64,000 nt of DNA from Trichoplax adhaerens (Eukaryota; Animalia; Placozoa). This document shows, in pieces, positions 13,298 through 25,482 of the stretch. The DNA lies in the NCBI RefSeq assembly GCF_000150275.1, contig NW_002060944.1:8260735-8324734 (forward strand). The letters run 5' to 3'. A program made the translations under genes and the position numbers. A model generated the notes under the pieces. The model made no database searches, was not told the DNA's origin, and saw only the letters and a list, made by a program, of their open reading frames with translations. The stretch's first letter is position 1. Each line of letters opens with the position of its first letter.

Positions 13298-16200
13298 ATG
13301 CTATCCTACTTGAGCAATAAATTGGGTAGTAAATCTACTCATAATAAAAATAGCTCAAGGAAAATATCTCCAACTACAGACAATGACGATAAAGTCGATC
13401 ATGAGACAAGTAGGCCCCTATCAGACCCAGGTAACACGGATCAAGTAGTCGATAGTAGCGAGGAGAGTCTTGTCGACGACGATGATCAAGGCGAAATCAT
13501 CTTATGCAAAAATAATGTTCGTGCCCGTTTACCTTATTGCAATGAAGTAGCCAATGGATACTTAACTTTACGCACTTGTTATCATGATAGTCATATCGTA
13601 TTTAGGTGGTTGCCCAATGAATTGATGGCAGATACATCACCCGATATTGATCAACAACGTCAAATGGAGAATGATATCAAGCCTATATTTGAAATGGATA
13701 CGCGTTCTATCAAAGCAATTAAGATATTTCTCGATACCGACACCTTGTACTCGGGTCGCCTAGTCTTAAAAAGTATTCAAAATCAATATAAAGTCTTTCA
13801 CTTTCAACATGGTGGACTCGATCGATTATGTAAGGTATTCGATGTATGGCACAGCTGTGTAACACTATTATCGTCGTCGCCTGAATTAAATACACGCCAT
13901 TACGATATTTGCACTCCTAATGGAGAAGCCATCAACCTACAAATTCCCAGACGTGACAAGGTCGACTCTCAAGTATGGCGTAATTTATTCGATGGACAAG
14001 GCCGACTTGTTAAAAAGACCCAGTTCAAGGAGGTAAGAATCAATACATGTATTACCATCATTGTACAAGAATTCTCGACCGATATTGATTTTGAAATTTT
14101 CCCAGCGTACCCCCCCTAGTGCTAAATAACAAAGTAGTACTATCAATTACACTACTATACAGTATTGGACAGTGTACTGTACTGGCGACGAATCAATTAA
14201 ATCAATAGCACCTACACCATACACGATACTCTCTATTCCGGTATCAAAACATTCAAACTCGAAGGAACAATAAATAAATAAATCGACATCTTGACAACAT
14301 GGATGCCGTAAGAGTGCTAACAGATCAACAGTGCTTCCATGACAATATACTTCCTAGGAAATGATACACCTTGTGCAATGATTGGCCCGATATCGCATCT
14401 TGTTGGGACAACTATTCTGATATTAAAGTCATACTACCATCGATACGAGTTCAATCTGCAAAGGTAGTAAATGGTTATTGTACTCCAACTTTACTGACCA
14501 CTACCTATATTAAGAAAAATAGACAATATTTAGTAAGAATAATGTTATTCTTCCTACTGTATAGTCGCTTAATTGTGCTGTAGACTCGAGAATGCCATAT
14601 ACTCTACTGATATAACACTCCTTCGGTTGATTAGACGTCGGAGTGTCGCCGTCGCTATGGATCATTGATGATATTATATCCCTTTCATCGAGTTCATGTC
14701 CACAATGCTGCTTGTCAATAAAATCTTATTAATGTACTATTTCACTTAATTTCTTTCACATTCCCCGTTGATAAATAAAAAAACATAAAAATTAGAAAAT
14801 TCCTCTATCACTAGGATTATAACGTCATAAGAATATAATGAAATTGGCAGATCTAATGATTAATAACTTCTAATCGTTAAGCTTCTGCAGCTGTGTTCAA
14901 AATTCTTCTACAGTGGATTACTCGTAAAGTCAATTTTATTCGACTATAACATGACCTCTACTACCACCCCACACAAAAGCAATATTTAGAAATAGTGTAA
15001 AATTACCTATCATAATATCCCTACGTACATCGTAAGTAATTTCTTTTCTCTGAAAAATACTTCTTTTTACTCTCGGGCTAGAATTCATATCATTTTTACC
15101 TTGCAAACAATAGATCAATACCGTAAAATTACAGTATTTCTGATCTTTTTTTAGACAATAAAATAATCTAGACATTGTTTATTAAACTCAATAGCTTCCA
15201 TCTGCAACGTATAACTTGCTTGACACTATAATTTTACAATTCAATGAGATTTTATCCTGTCTAGCTAATGAAACGTATAGTAAGATAATTCGAGAATGAA
15301 TTTTAATTGAAATTATTTTATTGGTAAGAGCAATTTATCACATAGGTTGCACTGCACTTTATGGCCAAAATAACAATAACACATTATTTAGTCCACCTAC
15401 AGTATCTCAGTAATTAAGGATTGCATTTAAGCAGCCGTCGTTAGTTAGTGTATAATTAATATTATATTTATTTATAATAATAGAAATCTTTTTTGTATCT
15501 TCATGTACGCATCCGTAACCATTTCAATCGACTACTGTCACTATACAATCAGCAATCCTTACTTCACTACGTAAACTTTATGTCAGCAGCCTCTTCCTAT
15601 TAAAATAAATTTAGCTAACGCAACTTGGATAGAATAGTGACATTTTTACGTTGTAAAGTGAATAATGATGTTCTTCCTATAGCTTTATAGCATAATCAGC
15701 TATATAGTATATGCTTACGCCTACACATGTATATGTATGACCGCTTAAACTATCAACTTATTTCTGTACTCATTACTACAATCTATAGTATATCCGATAC
15801 TTTCAAAAGTGTAACCATCCTTTCATTACATTTGCTAGTATAGTACTATTGCTCATTGCTTTACTGACCGTTTACGTGATTTTATATGTACTATCATCTA
15901 CGCTAGAAATGGCTAGTGCTTTAAAAGGAATTATTTGGTCTTAACAATTATTACCTAGATTTACGATTCTTATGTTGCTAATGATTTAAAAAATTTACAG
16001 GAGTGCTATTGTTATGTTATTTGTTATTATTATCGAACTTTTTATAGATTTTTTACTGTAATAATTAAAAAGTCTATTTTATATTTGCATCTCTAATATT
16101 AAAGGCTGTGTTTTTTGCTGGTATCGTTGAAGAGATGAGAAAGGAGGTGTGGAAGTTTCTATTAGAATATTATCCATACGATTCGACATTTGAACAAAGA

Positions 16201-18559
16201 CAAGAGCTAAAGTTACAACGTACAAAGATTTACAAGAGTATCAATGACAAAAGGTAAAAACTAAAGATAGAATCAGTAAATTACAGTAGCACTAGTGCCC
16301 TACTGATAGAATTAATTAAGCGAATCCTACTCTATTAGAAAATAGCATATTGAAATAATAAGGGCGTTATGATCCCAATAAAATGATTTACTTTTTCAAT
16401 TTTTTTTTATAGTAATGAAAACTTGCTATTTATATGCTCATTAAGATTGTTACTATATTTATTTACTAGCCATAATCAAATGTATATTACATGAAGGGTA
16501 TGAGATTGTTTGACCATCACTATTGCGTGCTTTGGAGGTAAAAATAAGCCTTATTTTTATACATCTTAGACAAGGTATCAGCGGTGAAGAGCAGAAAACA
16601 TTCTATCGCAAAGTCGAATGTATTGTTGATAAGGATGTCGTACGTACAGACCGTAGTTCTCAATATTACGCAGGTGCCGATAATCCTCACGTACAAACAT
16701 TAAGGTTAGCAATCTAGCTTTTAATCAAAATTGATTTCTAATGTGTAATTACTGACATCATTGATTTGCAATTAATTGCAACTCAGGCTACATATGGCTA
16801 GTAAACAATGTAATGTTATTAACAATCTTTAATCTTTGTTATAATGTTACTGTATGAATGAGCAATAGTATTGTTAGAAAAGATATCAGTGATCTAATAA
16901 AGGCCATCCAAAACTGGCAGAAGCTATCTTCAATACAGACATTTTAGCCAATTAAAATTTTGTGAAAAGCTATCGATTAATGACTAATAAAAACAATGAA
17001 TATGTACTTTATGACGGTATGATAAAATCAGGAGATATTTACTAAATAAGCATTACTGATATATTATTACTACTTTCACGTTTTCTAATACAGTAGTGAG
17101 CTTTATTTCGATCATGTGTGGCTACAAGCTTAATATTTCTGTACTCTTATTAAATATTTAGCATGACTACTGTTATCTAAATATCTTATATTACCGAGCC
17201 TGATAGCACTGATAACTGTATTTTTAAATTGTACCCCTAGGAGAATTTTGTTAAATTACGCTATTGATAATCCAGTGGTCGGATACACGCAAGGTATGTC
17301 TGACCTTCTGGCTCCCTTATTAGTTATTATGGATAACGAAATCGATGCTTATTGGTGCTTTATTGGGCTTATGGAAAAGAGTGTTTTTCTCAACACTCCA
17401 CAAAATGATATGGAAGAACAGCTTGTATGTAACTTTAGATAACTTTTTTCATTTTATTATAACATCATTCTTATAAAGACCTTTTCATTTCACTTGAAAC
17501 TACGCGCATTAGGGATTGTTACGAGAACTGTTGAGAACGATGTTACCGCATTTTTATGCACATTGCATGAAATTCTTAAATGGTATGGAACTTCTCTTTT
17601 GCCATCGTTGGTTACTGCTATGCTTTAGGAGAGAAGTAGGGGAGTATCAAGCTCAAAGGATTTGGGAAGCTGCTTGGTCTCAACATCATACGTCCTACTT
17701 TCATCTATTTTTATGTGCTGCTGCTATCTCAGTATATGGAGATACTGTAATTGAAAAAGATTTATCCCCAGATCTTACTCTTCTTCATTTTACTTCTATT
17801 CAAGAAATGGATGGTAACTTATTGTTGCGTAGGGCGCATGAATTATTGTATGATTTCCTTGTACAAGATATTATTCCATGCACGCTGATGAAAATATTAT
17901 CTGATTCGGGTGAGTGGGACTCGCCTCCAACACCAACCATATACTGTAAATGTGATGGATTTCACCCTACTTCTGGAATTCCAACTCTTTTGGATGTGGT
18001 ACATAGTCGCTCTAAGCAAGACGATGAAGTTAACGAAAATGACGATAAGAAGTCACTTATAGAAAATGTTGCTGAACTAGCTCCACCGACTGATGGCCTT
18101 GTACAACTTGAATTGAAATCGTCTGAAGATGATATTAAAGGTGATATCAAAGAAACAACAGAAACTAATATATTTCGAGAAGTTATAGATAAAAAGCGTG
18201 CCGATGACAGTTTGAGTAATGATGAAACCGAGACTACAGATACTGATCGTAGGCAGACTGAGACTATGGAGGTTGGAGAAAAATCTGAAGAAGATGTAAA
18301 AGATATCTCCGATAACTATATTCCTAGTAGTAGTAACAGTTCAAATATGCCTTCTGCGGCAATTGAGAATGCAAATCGAGTGAGCAGCGATGCAGAAGAA
18401 ACGCAAATGGAAGATAGCAAGATATTATTAGTAGAGGATAGACCATCGCCATCGGAAGATAATGATTCATGCAAAGTTAACGATACTGTTTTGTCGATGG
18501 AGGCCGAAGATTCAACGAAAGAATCTCAGCAAGATGTAGAAAATGCTTCGGAAAAGTGA
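13298..18559 (+). CDS. TBC1D16: TBC1 domain family member 16-like Rab GTPase-activating protein, 5 exons
   Basis: Exons 13298-14032, 16105-16253, 16570-16704, 17241-17424 and 17513-18559 join in frame with GT-AG introns. Motifs: N-terminal EIILCKNNV, FHFQHGGLDRL, arginine finger IVDKDVVRTDR, glutamine finger GYTQGMSDL, and LLFCHRWLLLCFRRE. Confidence 0.92.
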
Positions 18560-20012
18560 TCTCCTGATACTGATCCTTCATCGATCTATTGATTGGAATG
18601 TGAGGACAAATACAGCATATAGTAATGATTGTAAATTTCTTTAAGTTTCGAGTATTCAGTTTTGGTTGTAGTCAATGGCATCGCCACTTTTGACCATGAC
18701 TGTATTGTCGTAAGTGATAAAGAGTATTTCTGATCAAGAAAACGTTATGATAGTAAGCTGAAACAAGTCCTTAAACGTTAAAATTGATCATAAAAATTGG
18801 CTGCAATATAAATTGAAAGCTCAAATTATACTAATAATAGGATACAGCATTATATCAGAATCCACATGAATTACATAAAATTATAACTATTAACTCTAAA
18901 AATGAGCTTAGTATAACAATTAGAATAGTATTCTCAAAAGCGTATGATATATATATACTTAATATCAATGTAGAAGATAATAATATATAAATATATACGA
19001 GTATGTACATTATAAATATACTAAATAACACAATTATAACTGTCATCGTCGAGTTTTTTATGTCCAGCTTGATGAAGATCGGCTACAATTCTATTTGTTA
19101 CTGTATATCACAAACTATTGTTGCACTATTTTTTACGTTATTCCTGAAGCAGAAATTAGAGATGATCTAATATTACGTTATACACGTATCATAGATGATG
19201 TTACGATTGGTTTGAATGAACGCTATTTTACATTCCAGAAAAATTATCGATAAACCAGCTAAGTTAAATAATTGTTAAGTCAATAATGAGATTTCATACA
19301 GGATAACACGAACGGATGTAAACTTTCTGTAATTACGGTATAACATCTCTTGCCAATTGGGAATAGTCTGACGAAACAATCTAATTTTAAGATTTGTGTT
19401 GACTTAAACGGGAGAAATTTAAAAGATTGTCTTTCAATTATGCAATATAATATACATAATACTGATATCGGCTTATATATCAGGATTTTGATGTTCTTAT
19501 TTATCAATCTTTACCATAGAGGTAAGGTCTTTCTTTATATTCTATAAATTTTTACGATTCGAATAGAGGTTTTTCACCTTTCCGTCGACATTATCATTTC
19601 AAAGGATATTATGATGTTCCAAAAGTCTTATACGATTGCGACGGTACAAAAGCGATATTTTAAGTAATATATTATCGAAAGTGTGTATAAATTAATAAAG
19701 ATCTTACAACACTATGAAATTCAAAGTAAGTCATTACTTCCTTGGATACACTGTACGCGTTTGCTTTATTTTGAAGTGATCAATGAAAAATTAGTGGTGA
19801 GATTGTGAGTACATACGTGGAGTAATGCAATAGTTGTCATTGCATTCTTGATTAACTGTAAGTGATCATCGACTGCTAAAACTCGGGAAGAAGCCCTAGT
19901 TCATTACATACGTAGAACTATTAGAATGTCTTGAAATGCGTTATATAATGTAATGATAGCAATATAACTTGTACAGTATGTTTGGTCTTAGTTATCGAGT
20001 TCAGTATAGCAC

Positions 20013-20160
20013 GGCACTTCCGTACTTATACCTACTGGCCAGACGCAGTACGTCGAACTGGACATAGGGACTTCTCAACTAATTTCGGTACTTCCGTACT
20101 TATACCTACTGGCCAGACGCTGTACGTCGAACTGGACATAGGGACTTCTCAACTAATTTC
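20013..20160. repeat. 74-bp tandem duplication (2 copies, 2 mismatches)
   Basis: GG(C/T)ACTTCCGTACTTATACCTACTGGCCAGACGC(A/T)GTACGTCGAACTGGACATAGGGACTTCTCAACTAATTTC at 20013-20086 and 20087-20160. Confidence 0.97.
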
Positions 20161-22139
20161 TTATCCCCTTCCACCCTCCCCGAACGTCCCGTGATATATC
20201 ACAGTATGCGTATAGTTTAAGCAGCTAGAACTGAATATAGAGTTTTATTGTTGGCCTGTAGTCTTCGAAACTATCCTCAACCGGATACATAACAGTAAGT
20301 TTTGGCAATTTAGTGGTAGAGGAATTAATGTGCGTACCTTGACCAATTAGTGCGTTAGAAATATAGAAAAATTTAAGGCGTAGTGTTAGATGCCCATCAT
20401 AAAGGTACATAGAATGGAAATCCTACTTTGAATACGTCTACTTGTAAGTCAACACTGAAAAATATATTATTTTTCGATCCTTTTCTTTCCTGACGGCTCT
20501 GTCTTCACTTTCTGCAAATCTGCATACTGTACTGGACAGTACGTGGATATAATAACCTAATCGTATTAAATTGGTCTGTAATTTAGATCCTAGCATTTAC
20601 TGTTCCATAATTTCGGTAGAGACAGAACACGTAATGATGTGAACGGGTAAAATCATATAGCAATAACCTTGTTGAAGGGCCTGATTTTTCCTCTACTGGT
20701 TATCCCTAATTTGCAAATTACCATCAAATATGCCATACATCTGTTATGTTAACTATAAAGATGGATATCATACACGTCCTATTCTACTTCACAGTTTTAT
20801 TTCTCAAGGGATGTTATGGCAAGTCACAGTCAAAGATGTTAGAGTACTTTTAGGTGCAAGGATAGTGTGGGCTATTGGTAGATAAACTGTATTACAGTAT
20901 CGTTAGCAGCAGCTTTCAGTGAGAAGAAAGATGGCTCGGTAGGCGGCATCAGCAAGTCCTAGAGTCTGAATGGCCTACAGTACAGTGAGGATAGCATGTC
21001 AGGAATTAACAAAAAACATTTGATAAGCATGTTTATCAATATGTTGAGAAGAAGGACACAAAGACTGATTCCTTCCGGAGGAATTTACTCTGAGACTGGG
21101 TATGCGTTGCGTTATCTACTATGACAACTGTAAAATTTAACAATAATTATTGAGTAATAAACTGATTTATCCGCTACAACCGGAAATGACTTATTGAGGA
21201 CTGTCTTAGAATAGGGATCGAATAGCTCTTGTTGCAGCAGGATAGTGATAGGAAAAATAAAAGAGTCTTTTTTTGTAATCAGTATTGTAATAAAGGTGAC
21301 TCTGCAGGCGGAGTGTCGTAAGTTTAGCATTAACATTGAATTTCTAGAAGTTAGTATCAGAATTACCCATATGCACCACAGTACTGTAGAGGAAACAATT
21401 TCTACTGGCTGGATTATGAAATTGAATTAAGTTTTGTTATAATCGAATTAACTAAATTTCGACAAAAGCAATCATCGATTTTTTTGGTGCCCCAGTTTAT
21501 ATTCTAATGTATAATGTTAAATTCAGTCTTATAACGTATAAAAGCAAGCCATATGACATAGCAGATCTTCAGTACAATTTAACCAGAGTAACAATACGCG
21601 TAGAATACTACATAAGTAATTTGTTAAATATAGATCATGCAAAGACAAGGATTCTACAGTATCATAGTAGCTTAACAATTGATGATATCTCAACGCTGCA
21701 TTTTGTTTATGTTTTCATCCATTTCTAGACGGTAAATCTATGGATTAGCTAAAATATACTAGAGATTATTAAAGCCGATCCTGAATATTTAGTGACACTG
21801 CTTTCCTTGCTAGTAACTTTAGCGTCTGATATTTATAGTAAACATCGTCAACCTTCCGTTGTTGTATTATACGCTTTGGACTACATTACAATTTAAATTA
21901 GATTGGTAAATTGATAATTGCTGAAATTACTAAAAGTTATTAAAGCCAACCCTCGCTGATCAATATTACTGCCGTTCTATTAGGTACTTGTAGCGCCTTA
22001 GTTTAAGAGTACTTGGTAAGAGCATCAACGCTTAAATAACTAAATCATTAGTAGATTGGCGTTTATACTGTGCCCCGGCACTGATTGAAAATCATTCGGA
22101 ACAAGAGAGAAATCACATCCTGCAACTTAAGCTATTGCC

Positions 22140-22862
22140 ATGAGTTTAACGTATAAAGATTACGTTGCTTTGGGAAATGATACAGTCGAAGATTGGGCAT
22201 CTTATTGGGCCGAAGGCGACACAAACTGGGTAAGCGATAAGTGTAATCCTTGTTTAATCAAATATTATCAATCCTGTTTGGCTTGTGATCAACCATCGAC
22301 AATTTTCGTACCATTATGTGGTAAAACTCAAGATATGCTTTGGTTAGCTAGAAATGGTAATCGAGTGATTGGTGTTGAAATGGTGCCACAGCCATGCATT
22401 GATTTTTTTAGCGAAAATAACATTGACTATTGTGTTGAAAAATTGCAAGGTATTGGTGATGGCAAAGTATATCGAAGTCAAGCCGATGGCTTGGACATTA
22501 CTATTTACAATTTCAATTTCTATGAATTGACGGCAGAGTTACTAGGTTGTCAATGTAATCGCTTTTGGGATATTGGCGCTTTGATTGCCCTTAACCCAGA
22601 ACAGCATTCAAAATATATCCAACAATTAATGTCATTGTTGACTCCTGATGCACAAGGAATATTATTTACGGTAGAATTCGATATCAATCAACGTCCTGAT
22701 GTAGCGTCGCCATTTTGTGTACCTGAAAATCGAGTTCATGAAGTCTTATCACCCGTTGCTAGTGTGAAACTTCTAGAATCGATAGATACGCCTTATTCTT
22801 GGTATGGCCACTTAAATTTAAACTCTATGGATGGCAAATTTTACTTTCTGAAACGTAAATAA
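22140..22862 (+). CDS. TPMT: Thiopurine S-methyltransferase family SAM-dependent methyltransferase, single exon, 240 aa
   Basis: Complete ORF with IFVPLCGKTQDMLWLARNGNRVIGVE (TPMT motif I region), WDIGALIALNP (canonical WDRGALVAINP) and SPFCV (canonical PPFYV). Family is secure; one-to-one orthology is not. Confidence 0.9.
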   Translation: MSLTYKDYVALGNDTVEDWASYWAEGDTNWVSDKCNPCLIKYYQSCLACDQPSTIFVPLCGKTQDMLWLARNGNRVIGVEMVPQPCIDFFSENNIDYCVEKLQGIGDGKVYRSQADGLDITIYNFNFYELTAELLGCQCNRFWDIGALIALNPEQHSKYIQQLMSLLTPDAQGILFTVEFDINQRPDVASPFCVPENRVHEVLSPVASVKLLESIDTPYSWYGHLNLNSMDGKFYFLKRK

Positions 22863-23018
22863 TCTGGTGACGATCAAAAATTCATTTAGCTGGTGTTTAC
22901 TACGATTATTTTACGCTATTGGCTAAGTGATTGTGCCGACCATTACGTTTTCTTTCCTGATTTCCACTTGATTGCAGTATACCAAAGTATAAAATTGCCC
23001 ACTTTTCATGCAAAATTA

Positions 23019-23482
23019 GTGACGAATGACGATTGCAATGATAAAAATGAATAACAAGAACCTATCTATAGCCATGATAGTTATGGTTAGTTGAGGGATT
23101 GATTGCAGCGAAATTGTATAAACGATTTTCTGACGCTCGTAATGGCTGCTTGCAATTCTTGTATAGGCAAGATTACATTTGTTCAAACATTTCCAACCAG
23201 CAAACTATTCCTCTTTACTATATATGCTATACTTATTCTGCAGACGATGCTAACCAAATATAACGTATTATGATTCTTGTTAAGCAGACTAACGGCTTAT
23301 TTACCTAAGGTGATGAATTATTTGTTCCAAGTCTTGCAGTCTGTAGCTGTTCATGATGTGGGATTCAATCGCACGTAAACATTGCAATTTTTGATGCATT
23401 ACCTTCCTTAAACGACGCATATTACTCCAGATAATTCGCACGAATTGCAATATTGTAACACTGTGATAATTGGCACATCTTA
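23019..23482 (-). pseudogene. Decayed rhodopsin-class GPCR relic
   Basis: Minus-strand LTITIMAIDRFLLF (TM3 DRY-type motif, MAIDRFL at 23075-23055). Upstream is VRIIWSNMRRLRKVMHQKLQCL, resembling TM1 end/ICL1. Stops and frame breaks lie between them. Confidence 0.45.
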
Positions 23483-23984
23483 ACTAGAAGTATATAGTAT
23501 CATCAATACTATAGTATATCCCAATTACTTAATATTCATTGACCATGATGTTGTGAACTACCGTATTGAATTAATTAAAATACAACTATTTATATCTATT
23601 TTATTTTAGAGTGATATTATAATAATGATTTCCACCAATATCTTGTGTTCATTGATGTTCTCATTTAAAAGTCATATTCGATCTCGATTAATCGAACAAA
23701 CTGCATTAGAAAACATTTGTAACTTCTGCATCTGTAAATAAATTCAGCACACAAAACGATTACTTTTATTAAAATGCATCCATAACACTGCAGCATCGGA
23801 TTGAAGGCATTTACATGGTGTACTACCATCAATGACTAGATTTATTTAGTAATCTGTAGTGCCGCATTTGCCATTTGCTCTGCTCAAGTCAAGTCAAATT
23901 TAAAGCCATTCCCATGAGTAAAATCGGCTAATATTAGATTAGATAGGTTACACTAGAGTCATCTGGTTGTATTCTTGACTTCAT

Positions 23985-24500
23985 ATGTACAGTACAGTAC
24001 AGTCCGTACAGTATACTGTACTGTACATGGATAGGAAACTTTACTCGGACGGTCGGACATTTCGGTCCCATTCATAGTCATTAAGCCGCGGCTCGATTTC
24101 ATTATTGGCTTCTTTTTCTAAATAAAGTAATATTATATTGAAATCTATTGTATTTTACTAAGTTCTGCTAGAAAGCAGCCCTATCAAGTCATGAATGTTT
24201 CTTGAATGAGTAGAAGCAATTAAAAAATAGACATAGAAGATTCATACTGATAGTAAGCAAGTCATTTTTCGATGTGTTTGGTCGAATATGCAAAGCATCT
24301 GAATAAGAGTATACGTTACAGTGTACAGTAATAGAGTATGGTATGGTATATACTGTACACGACAGTATTTGATATAAAATAAGTCTGTCTGTCCGAGAGT
24401 TTCGCCGTACCATGATAGAACTTGTCAGAAAGAATGACACAGTGTACAGTCCAATACACGACAGATTATACTGTACCGTACAGTACTGTACACTGTGCAT
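23985..24500. repeat. ACAGT clusters upstream of cyclin F, including a 15-bp inverted repeat
   Basis: ATGTACAGTACAGTA (23985-23999) pairs with TACTGTACTGTACAT (24014-24028). Further units lie at 24316-24360 and 24438-24496. Confidence 0.8.
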
Positions 24501-24512
24501 CTCTTTCCATTT

Positions 24513-24528
24513 TTCAAAAAATGCGCCG
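24513..24528 (-). promoter_or_regulatory. CDE/CHR-like cell-cycle element
   Basis: Minus strand reads CGGCGC-ATTT-TTTGAA (CDE, 4-nt spacer, CHR). CCAAT occurs at 24451 and 24581. The element lies upstream of cyclin F. Confidence 0.5.
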
Positions 24529-25482
24529 TGAATGAAGAACAATAGCAAAGGATCAACTACGCAGGCGTTATTTTCTGCAGCCAATAAACGATCTCCAACG
24601 GTAAATTATTCGGTACATTTAATTTTTCAAAGTGGAAATTGAAATTCCCTATGCAAGTCACCCTCGGTAACATCAATTACTGTAGACAACTTGAGGCGTT
24701 GCAACGTTCGACATTTCAACGTTTCAACCGTTTCATTTCAAACGTCCAATAGGAGTGCAGTAGAGGATGGTGCGCATGTATGCCATTTCAATGAAGTTTA
24801 AAACTGGCATTGACAAGTTGCAAAACTGACTACTCTCAAACTTCAGTACTGAACATACATCGTAGTTACGGTAAGCCAATGTTCCATATAGACTGTCATA
24901 TACGTCTAGCAGCTTATTGTCTAGAGTTCATTTGTAAACTACCCTACTGTACAAGTTTGTACATATCTTGTATACACTTTTAGTAGCTAGAATTAAACTG
25001 TCATTTAAAGTAAAAGTTCGCCATTAGACTTTGGTGCTTACTAGCTAGCGCACTTTACAACACATTGGGTCGATCAAGCTCAAATCTTATACACTTATTT
25101 TAAATTAATCTCTTATTATTCAATTGAAACGGTAGTGATTACTAGTTCTATTCTATTACGTACTGACTACTACAGGACGTCAACTCTGGATATCGGTTAG
25201 AACAGTCGTTTTGCCTCAACGTGCTTCTATTTCAAAACTTTGGCGTATTTTCAAATTGCAAATATTATTACCAAGGCACAACATCCAGTAAGTAGCATGA
25301 TGAGTGGATATCAATTGGTAGACTACATTCAAAGTAGTTGTTGTAACTCATTACAGTGTTGTAGTAGGATAAATACAGTGATAAGATCAAGAAGAAATTG
25401 TTGTAACCTTTTTATCCGTTAACTGCTAGACTTGAATCTCGACTGCTTTAGTATATCATTTCATAGAAATTATTCTCCGCTC

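Noticed and set aside
20013-20160. Repeat considered as CRISPR-like or tRNA-like because of the 74-bp unit
   Set aside because: Only two abutting copies with no spacer in eukaryotic DNA. No cloverleaf or convincing A/B boxes were found.
19982-20194. 70-aa ORF
   Set aside because: It runs through the 74-bp duplication in shifting frames and has no recognisable motif.
24189-24584. 131-aa minus-strand ORF
   Set aside because: TTG start, crosses ACAGT clusters in the CCNF promoter, and has no recognisable family.
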